From: a virus
Lineage: Duplodnaviria; Caudoviricetes
Length of the DNA stretch: 53,488 bases
Direction: 5' to 3' (one strand)
Virus record (IMG/VR): IMGVR_UViG_3300020470_000011
Span: 1-53,488 of that record
The translations under genes were made by a program, and so were the position numbers. Positions 47,284-53,488 of this stretch are shown in pieces (the stretch's first letter is position 1; each line of letters starts with the position of its first letter). The notes beneath the pieces are model-generated. The model was not told the DNA's origin and ran no database searches. It saw nothing but the letters and a program-made list of their open reading frames with translations.

Positions 47284-47318
47284 TATTTATAATACTTTAT
47301 TTTGCGGTTAACCGTCAA
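47284..47318 (-). promoter_or_regulatory. sigma70 and late composite promoter
   Basis: TTGACG-18 nt-TATTAT overlapping TATAAATA. Confidence 0.6.
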
Positions 47319-47338
47319 GGGGGGTTGTGCCAGTTCTA

Positions 47339-47941
47339 TTACTGGTACGTGTAAGAAGAGTCACCCACATCCACGTGACCTTTAGGCATGACATTAAATG
47401 CCAGTGAAAATCTATCAATATTTGAATAGTTTTTCAATACCTTATGCCTTACATCACTTGGGAATAAAATAATGGTACCTCTTTCAGGTGATACCCTGTA
47501 ATCAGTAGCATTAAATTCATTCATGTTAGCAGGTGTCACATAAACACCTGAAGGTGGATCTACAAACTGTAGTTGGGATGAATCATCATCATACACATCA
47601 TAGTATACCACACCAGAGAACCAACTGTTGGTATGAGCATGCTCATTCGCAAATCCTCCAGGAAATGTTACTGTAAACCACGAAGTTGTTATCTGCACAT
47701 CACAATGATACCCTAGGTAACAGACACACTCTCTTACTCTACGAGTAAGGTAGTCCAGCACTGCAGGTTTATTGTGTAGCACATGCTTATTAGTTGTTAC
47801 CCCACCATCCTGTCCTGAATCCTCATTATCAAGACCAAATTCATATTCATTACACATCTCAGTGAGGATATCACAGACATCCTCATTGATTTTAGATGAT
47901 GCTAGGGGTTTAGGGAAAAGATAATCAAGATTCCACGTCAT
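47339..47941 (-). CDS. Fe(II)/2OG oxygenase, TIGR02466-like
   Basis: LFP..EHAHTNSWFSGVVY..LFPSDVRH..RFSLAFN. Confidence 0.88.
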   Translation of the reverse strand: MTWNLDYLFPKPLASSKINEDVCDILTEMCNEYEFGLDNEDSGQDGGVTTNKHVLHNKPAVLDYLTRRVRECVCYLGYHCDVQITTSWFTVTFPGGFANEHAHTNSWFSGVVYYDVYDDDSSQLQFVDPPSGVYVTPANMNEFNATDYRVSPERGTIILFPSDVRHKVLKNYSNIDRFSLAFNVMPKGHVDVGDSSYTYQ

Positions 47942-48137
47942 TTAAGGGTACCATCCTAATGAATTGCTCATTCAAATTATAGAACAATTTATAGTTACGA
48001 GTGTTAACCCAGTAACCTTTTATTTCACTACCATCACAGTGGTATCCATACCCTGTAACTGGTTCTTCTACTCCATCTATCCTAAAAGTCTTGTGACTAC
48101 CAATGTAAGACCCATACTTCTCCTCCAGATTAATCAT
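47925..48137 (-). CDS. hypothetical protein
   Basis: Start at MINLEEKYG. Confidence 0.7.
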   Translation of the reverse strand: MINLEEKYGSYIGSHKTFRIDGVEEPVTGYGYHCDGSEIKGYWVNTRNYKLFYNLNEQFIRMVPLNDVES

Positions 48138-48513
48138 TTTCTTCTTCGGTTTTGGACAGTTTAGCACGAAGTTCATCTTCCTGCTCGACTGTTAAGGCAT
48201 TGTTATTTATGTCGGTTTCCTGACCTTCTTCCTTCCTTGGATCAATATACTCGGCCATTGTCTGAAGATTCTGCTGCAAATCTTCAGGGGGTGTCCAGCT
48301 ACTACCCTTCGGTTTGTAATCGAGACCTTTAATCTCTGCGATAGGACTCCTCCAATACTTCTGCATCTTCTTGAGCATCTTCTTCTTGCCCTTAGGGTCA
48401 TCCTTATACTTCTCGATGACCTTCTTAAGTGTCCTCAACTCACGTGAAGACCTCTCTAAAGATCTCTCTGCTGCAATCTCACCTGCTGTGAAACCGTCGA
48501 ATCCTTGTGCCAT
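48130..48513 (-). CDS. hypothetical protein
   Basis: 127 aa, TAATG coupling. Confidence 0.7.
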   Translation of the reverse strand: MAQGFDGFTAGEIAAERSLERSSRELRTLKKVIEKYKDDPKGKKKMLKKMQKYWRSPIAEIKGLDYKPKGSSWTPPEDLQQNLQTMAEYIDPRKEEGQETDINNNALTVEQEDELRAKLSKTEEEND

Positions 48514-51500
48514 TAGCTCGTCACCTCCGTAATGATTACCTTAAATTTAACTCTGAATTTAGTTTTGTCCGTGCCACTATACCATACCATAGAATCTTTG
48601 TTGTGTGACTCCATGTAGAACGCTTCCTTAGCTGTCCTACGTACCAACTCATCATCCTCAAACCAAGAGACGATAGGTCTTGATGGCATCTGGAATGATG
48701 GCTCGTAGTCAGGGTAGTATGGTGACTGTGTAGTGTCCTCAGTCAGTGGATCCCTAGTAGGAGGCCACGTTAAGACAAACTCTGATGCAGTAGTGTATCC
48801 TGACCCTTCCTCCACAACATCAATGATATGAATCATTGCTTGCCAGTAGTGGACTGTCCTTGCACCTGTCTGTAACTCTGCTAGGACTGGATAGAATGTG
48901 ATACCTACCCTTATCTTACATGCATCCTGATAGTTTGATCCACCTGTACCATGATAGTTATCTAAAGTATAGTCATGGATAAAAGTAACAGGAGAGAAGT
49001 AAGTATCCCTCTGTGGATTCAGTGCTCTACCATCCCAGATACTATCAACAACAGCACCATATCCTGCTGTCTTATTCTCACCCATAGTATACCAAGGTAC
49101 TGAGTTCTTTGCAAACGTAGTAGGTCCAGCAGTCAAGAGTGTTGCTCTATCAGATGCACTGATGCTAGTGCCACTCAGTGTTTCAAACCTAGTGCATAAG
49201 AAATTCTCAAGCAAGAAGTTATAGACACCAGTATTATTTCTATACTTGTATGACTCTAGTATAGTACCAGAGAAGTATTCATTCTTATCATAAAGATATC
49301 CTGTATCACAGTAAGCACCAGGTAAGTTAGGCATGGAAGGATTATTAATTATCCTACTGTTACCAGGAATATCAGGGTTAGCTTGTAGTGACCCATGCAT
49401 AGCGACAGGTCCACCACCAGACCATACTTCTACCCATGGATATCCAGGGTCAGGAGTATTATCTTCCACCCATGACTCAGTATACTTAGCACCTGCTTCC
49501 CATTCAAACTCCAACTTATTAGATGGACGGAACTGCATTGCTAGTCCTCTTACAAAACCAACAGTAGAAGTATTAACTTGGTTGTGTGTTGGGTTACCTT
49601 GTGTCTCACCATGGACAGCATCATCAGAAGTTGTGCCAAGAGTTAACTTGAATACACCATCATAATTTTCATTAGTTAAGTCAAAGAATCCCATCTCTAA
49701 TGATATGTCACCATAGACAGGACCATGGTCAATACTTACTACTTGGAATGTAAGTTCATCACCTGTTGCTAGGTCTATATCTTGGTCATATAAATCCTGT
49801 CCTATTAGAGGCCAATACTTTGCTTCAAATTGTTTAGTGAATAAATCTACACCATTCTTCTTCATCTTGATGGTAAATTTAATACAGTCACCAAACAATC
49901 CACCAGTGATACCACCCATTGATATAACTCTGACCTTACCACCTGCTGCTACCTTAATTGTCTGATTGTCATGCACTCTAACACTATAGGGACCATTACA
50001 TGAGTCACACTCCCAATCTATATCATTAGAAGTAAAGGTAGGTAACCTCTCACCACAGTCCAATCGTCTCATGATTACATCCTTAAAGGAACTAGTAAGG
50101 ACTCTAGTATCACACTTAGTATCATTATTAATCTTTCTCATCACCTTAGGTGGTGCAGCACCAGCATAGAGATAACATTGGATACCTTCATAAGCATATC
50201 CATTGTAAGACCATCTAACTTGGTGCCACAATCTCAGGTCATCATAATCATCATCACCATTGAGTAAGTCTTCCCACATTTGATGTGCTTTACCATGCCA
50301 TTTAGTATGGTCTTTATCATTAGGATTCCATAGGTTATCACCAAACATACAATAGTTACTCTGTGCTGTAGAGATTCCTATCGCACTGAAACCATCACCG
50401 AGTGGATTGAATGCTACCTCTTGGTTAATAGTCAATGTATTCTGGCCACCACCATCAGGGATCAAGAAATATCCCATGGTGCCACCTGCATACTGCTTCA
50501 ACTTGGCATTAGGTACGTTAGCAGTGTACATATTGGTGCCACCCCTAGCACTGGTGACTACTACCCTTCCATACTTGGGTCCAGTCTCATCTGCTAGGTA
50601 AAATCCTACAGCATTATCAAATCCAGCAGACCCTTTCTCAACATCCATGATGATACTCAAGTCTGCTGATACATTCTTAGGTATACGATAGACCCACTTA
50701 TTCTTTATCTGTTTGGGTCCACCACCTTCATAGTCACCCTCGATAGTATATCTGTGGTCAAATGGATTACTACTATGGAATCTATGCAATGCTTCTGCTT
50801 GCTCACCTGCTGCTAAGTAACTTGTCATTGAGCTAGCAGTTGGGAAGACATGCCCTAGCACCTCTACAAATTGCATGCCAGTAGCATTCATAGTTACTCT
50901 CTCACCAGCACCCTCAGAGTCTGGTTGACCTGGGTTAGTAGTGAGGAAAGTATCTATCTTACTGCTTGAGTAGTACTTAAAGAGTGGTTTTGTTACACCA
51001 GGAATAGGATCCTTAAGAGCATAGAAATGTGGTGCTTGATTGGTCAATGAATATCCTGATGGTGGTATGGATGTCAATTGATAAGCATGGTCACTACCAG
51101 TCTGCTCCGATGCAATAATAAAGTTAGCATTACAATCACTACCATGAGTGTCCTTCATGCATAGTCTCTTACCGTTATCAACCACAGTAAATCCACCAGT
51201 GATACCATTATAGGTCACAGTATTAGTGCCAGCACCACTCAATACTATAGTATGAGTGACAGAACCAGACCTACCTGATTGTGTCCATGTCTTACCACCA
51301 AATTGTATATTATTTACTGCCTGTCCATAAGTATTAGGATTATCATTCCATTCTAATCTTATCTGTAATACTGCATCACCACTACCTGTAGCAATTAGAT
51401 TACCTGATGCATCAAAGTTGACAGTCAATGGATTTGCTTCACCCAATCTAGCTTCATAGATTGCTACCCTGTCTGGGAAACAATTCTTAATGCATACCTC

Positions 51501-52262
51501 ATCCTTGTTACCACTCCATCCATTAGGCCAGTAAGCATCACAGTCTGCCTTAGGTGGTTTCCATTGACCTCCAAAGTAAGGACGGAACATACACTCTAGT
51601 GCATTCCTAACACACCTATCAAACTCATCTGGATCTCCACCATCATCCTTACAAAAATATACTACTCCAGTATTAATATGCTCCCAGTATCCATCTTCTA
51701 ATTTCTTAAGGAGGTTTTGTTTCTTTAATTTAACAACCTCTATACAATCATCACCTCCACCACCCCATCTAATATTCCACGTGGGGTCAGGAGGTGTTGG
51801 TGGATCAATAATGATAACACCATCATCAATAGGTAAATCTGGAAACCATATCTTTATTTCTTTAAGAGGATCACCCCAGTCCCACGTGCTCGTCGCTGGT
51901 GGTGGTATTGTATCTGGTAGTGGTGCAAGAGGAGGTAGGTCTGGATAACATCTACCAACTAACTGCTGAATAACCTCCGAAGGTGTAGGCACAGGGTCTG
52001 AATCTGGTGGTACAAATGGTACCATAGGAAACTGTGAATCCAATTGATTGGGTTCCAGTGGGACTGGTGCACTATAACATCTACCAACTAAACTCTGTAT
52101 GATTTCTGCTGGTGATTGTTGAGGTGCTACTGGTCCTGCAGATGTACTACTAGTAACTGGAGTGTAAGGGTTGAGTCCATCTAAAGCACTAGGACTCAAG
52201 ACCTCACCCATACCACCTGAGTAACATCTCTCTACTAATTGTCTTATAATCTCCGCAGACAT
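48513..52262 (-). CDS. large multidomain protein (DUF4114-like domain), possibly virion-associated
   Basis: 1249 aa; AGFDNAVGFY...WEDLLNGDDDYDDL; Pro-rich repeated N-terminus; TAAATA upstream at 52284. Confidence 0.65.
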   Translation of the reverse strand: MSAEIIRQLVERCYSGGMGEVLSPSALDGLNPYTPVTSSTSAGPVAPQQSPAEIIQSLVGRCYSAPVPLEPNQLDSQFPMVPFVPPDSDPVPTPSEVIQQLVGRCYPDLPPLAPLPDTIPPPATSTWDWGDPLKEIKIWFPDLPIDDGVIIIDPPTPPDPTWNIRWGGGGDDCIEVVKLKKQNLLKKLEDGYWEHINTGVVYFCKDDGGDPDEFDRCVRNALECMFRPYFGGQWKPPKADCDAYWPNGWSGNKDEVCIKNCFPDRVAIYEARLGEANPLTVNFDASGNLIATGSGDAVLQIRLEWNDNPNTYGQAVNNIQFGGKTWTQSGRSGSVTHTIVLSGAGTNTVTYNGITGGFTVVDNGKRLCMKDTHGSDCNANFIIASEQTGSDHAYQLTSIPPSGYSLTNQAPHFYALKDPIPGVTKPLFKYYSSSKIDTFLTTNPGQPDSEGAGERVTMNATGMQFVEVLGHVFPTASSMTSYLAAGEQAEALHRFHSSNPFDHRYTIEGDYEGGGPKQIKNKWVYRIPKNVSADLSIIMDVEKGSAGFDNAVGFYLADETGPKYGRVVVTSARGGTNMYTANVPNAKLKQYAGGTMGYFLIPDGGGQNTLTINQEVAFNPLGDGFSAIGISTAQSNYCMFGDNLWNPNDKDHTKWHGKAHQMWEDLLNGDDDYDDLRLWHQVRWSYNGYAYEGIQCYLYAGAAPPKVMRKINNDTKCDTRVLTSSFKDVIMRRLDCGERLPTFTSNDIDWECDSCNGPYSVRVHDNQTIKVAAGGKVRVISMGGITGGLFGDCIKFTIKMKKNGVDLFTKQFEAKYWPLIGQDLYDQDIDLATGDELTFQVVSIDHGPVYGDISLEMGFFDLTNENYDGVFKLTLGTTSDDAVHGETQGNPTHNQVNTSTVGFVRGLAMQFRPSNKLEFEWEAGAKYTESWVEDNTPDPGYPWVEVWSGGGPVAMHGSLQANPDIPGNSRIINNPSMPNLPGAYCDTGYLYDKNEYFSGTILESYKYRNNTGVYNFLLENFLCTRFETLSGTSISASDRATLLTAGPTTFAKNSVPWYTMGENKTAGYGAVVDSIWDGRALNPQRDTYFSPVTFIHDYTLDNYHGTGGSNYQDACKIRVGITFYPVLAELQTGARTVHYWQAMIHIIDVVEEGSGYTTASEFVLTWPPTRDPLTEDTTQSPYYPDYEPSFQMPSRPIVSWFEDDELVRRTAKEAFYMESHNKDSMVWYSGTDKTKFRVKFKVIITEVTS

Positions 52263-52286
52263 ATCTTACAGATCCCTACGCAATAT

Positions 52287-52976
52287 TTAGGCAAACTGCC
52301 TGAGCTGTTGTAAGATGTGCTTGTATGCTACCACTATATCTCCTTCGTCTTTTCTAAAAAGATCCTTATCGAATCTCTCTTTCGTTCCTTTCTTCCAGAG
52401 TCGCATGTTGTCAGGTGATAATTCATCAGCCAGGAATAAATCGCCGTGAGCATCGTATCCAAACTCCAATTTAAAATCTACAAGGTCAATACCACAAAGG
52501 GTGAACAGTGATTGCAACTGATAGTTAACCATCAATGCTTGCTCCTTCATAGGTTCTGGGTCTATACCCATGAGTCTTACCCTATCATAGGTAAGTAAAG
52601 GATCATCCTTAGCATCATCCTTAAGGAAGTACTCCACTATAGGAGGATTGATAAGTGTTCCTTCAGTTATGTTTGTATTCTTTACTATACTACCAGCAGC
52701 AATGTTTCTTACGATAACTTCTACTGGTATGATGGTAAGTTTTCTACAAAGCATAGTGTCTAGACCATCAGTCCCTAGGAAGTGAGTCTTAACACCTTGC
52801 TTCTCCATCATCTCAAAGAGAAGTGCAGATATCAAACAACATATCTTACCCTTCTCTTCAGGAAACTCCACCTGTCTACCATTCCATGCTGTTACTTTAT
52901 CATGGAATTTAATCTTTACCTTTTGTGGATCAACATCATAGACAGACTTAACTTTACCTTCATTAATTAAATTCAT
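52287..52976 (-). CDS. purC: SAICAR synthetase
   Basis: EGKVKSVY, IPVEVIVRNIAAGS, LVDFKLEFG, LADELSPD..RLW, DKDLFR. Confidence 0.96.
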   Translation of the reverse strand: MNLINEGKVKSVYDVDPQKVKIKFHDKVTAWNGRQVEFPEEKGKICCLISALLFEMMEKQGVKTHFLGTDGLDTMLCRKLTIIPVEVIVRNIAAGSIVKNTNITEGTLINPPIVEYFLKDDAKDDPLLTYDRVRLMGIDPEPMKEQALMVNYQLQSLFTLCGIDLVDFKLEFGYDAHGDLFLADELSPDNMRLWKKGTKERFDKDLFRKDEGDIVVAYKHILQQLRQFA

Positions 52977-53311
52977 TGGCTCCAGTCTTGATAGGGTGGT
53001 TCTTCTTCTCCAACAGGATATTTAAAGTGCTCAGTGTCGAAATAGGATGGAGGTAAAGGTTTAACATCATCATATGCACCTTCCATCCTCTTCTTATGCT
53101 CTCGCTCATCCAATATTTCATTAATAAGTATCTTCATCTCCTTTACATACTCAGGAGTAAATAACCTACGAGGTCTAACCACCATAGGTTTATGAACCTG
53201 CTTCTTATACTCAGGAGATGCCTTCCACTTAGCAAGGTCTTCTGGAGTCATAGGACCACCCATTCCTTGAGTGTCTATGTAACTGCCTGGTTTAAGAGGA
53301 TTATCTGTCAT
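52973..53311 (-). CDS. hypothetical protein
   Basis: 112 aa, ATGA overlap with purC. Confidence 0.7.
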   Translation of the reverse strand: MTDNPLKPGSYIDTQGMGGPMTPEDLAKWKASPEYKKQVHKPMVVRPRRLFTPEYVKEMKILINEILDEREHKKRMEGAYDDVKPLPPSYFDTEHFKYPVGEEEPPYQDWSQ

Positions 53312-53391
53312 GGATTAAAGTTAGGGTCATAGTAGCAAAGCATTGCTGTGGATGATAGTGCTAACGCACCAATGATTAGTAAGATAGGCAT
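53308..53391 (-). CDS. tiny hydrophobic peptide (27 aa)
   Basis: Hand-translated MPILLIIGALALSSTAMLCYYDPNFNP; ATGA overlap; TGTGGTATAAT extended -10 upstream. Confidence 0.4.
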   Translation of the reverse strand: MPILLIIGALALSSTAMLCYYDPNFNP

Positions 53392-53488
53392 AGTATTTCT
53401 AACGATAGTTTATTATACCACATTGTCAACCCATTTCTCAGCAAGAATTGATTCGTAATCATTTCCAACGAGTTTGTGGTGTGTCACC

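Noticed and set aside
53412-53429. TTGACA...TATAAT consensus promoter
   Set aside because: Spacer is only 6 nt; at most an extended -10 element
1-53488. tRNA genes, introns, inteins
   Set aside because: No cloverleaf or T-loop signature seen in intergenic gaps, and core genes such as thyX, phoH and gp32 are uninterrupted and of normal length; checked by eye only

Overview
This window is a 53.5-kb segment of a T4-like marine cyanophage (Prochlorococcus/Synechococcus myovirus), almost entirely encoded on the minus strand. It contains T4 core tail/baseplate and replication genes (gp5, gp26, gp51, gp54-like, gp2, gp4, gp48, gp53, gp32, gp33), large virion/tail-fibre proteins and auxiliary metabolic genes (talC, cp12, cpeT, phoH, thyX, pyrE, purC, glutaredoxin). 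It also has several sigma70-type and T4-late (TAAATA) promoter motifs, terminators and a probable manA structured RNA. The most striking region is about 1-13.4 kb: two flavin-dependent halogenases and six Fe(II)/2OG or JmjC oxygenases sit directly beside four Gly-rich fibre-tip proteins, three of them paralogues with an invariant SHRHQSHCAW motif. This suggests a possible virion-protein tailoring (halogenation/hydroxylation) system, which is an inference. Other signals are a CpG-rich island matching a 152-codon +1-frame ORF nested in a structural gene, a palindrome/late-promoter/Met-Ser-stop leader before a small Cys-containing gene, and gp4/gp48 sharing one CATG as start codons. All family calls come from motif recognition by eye; no database searches were run.
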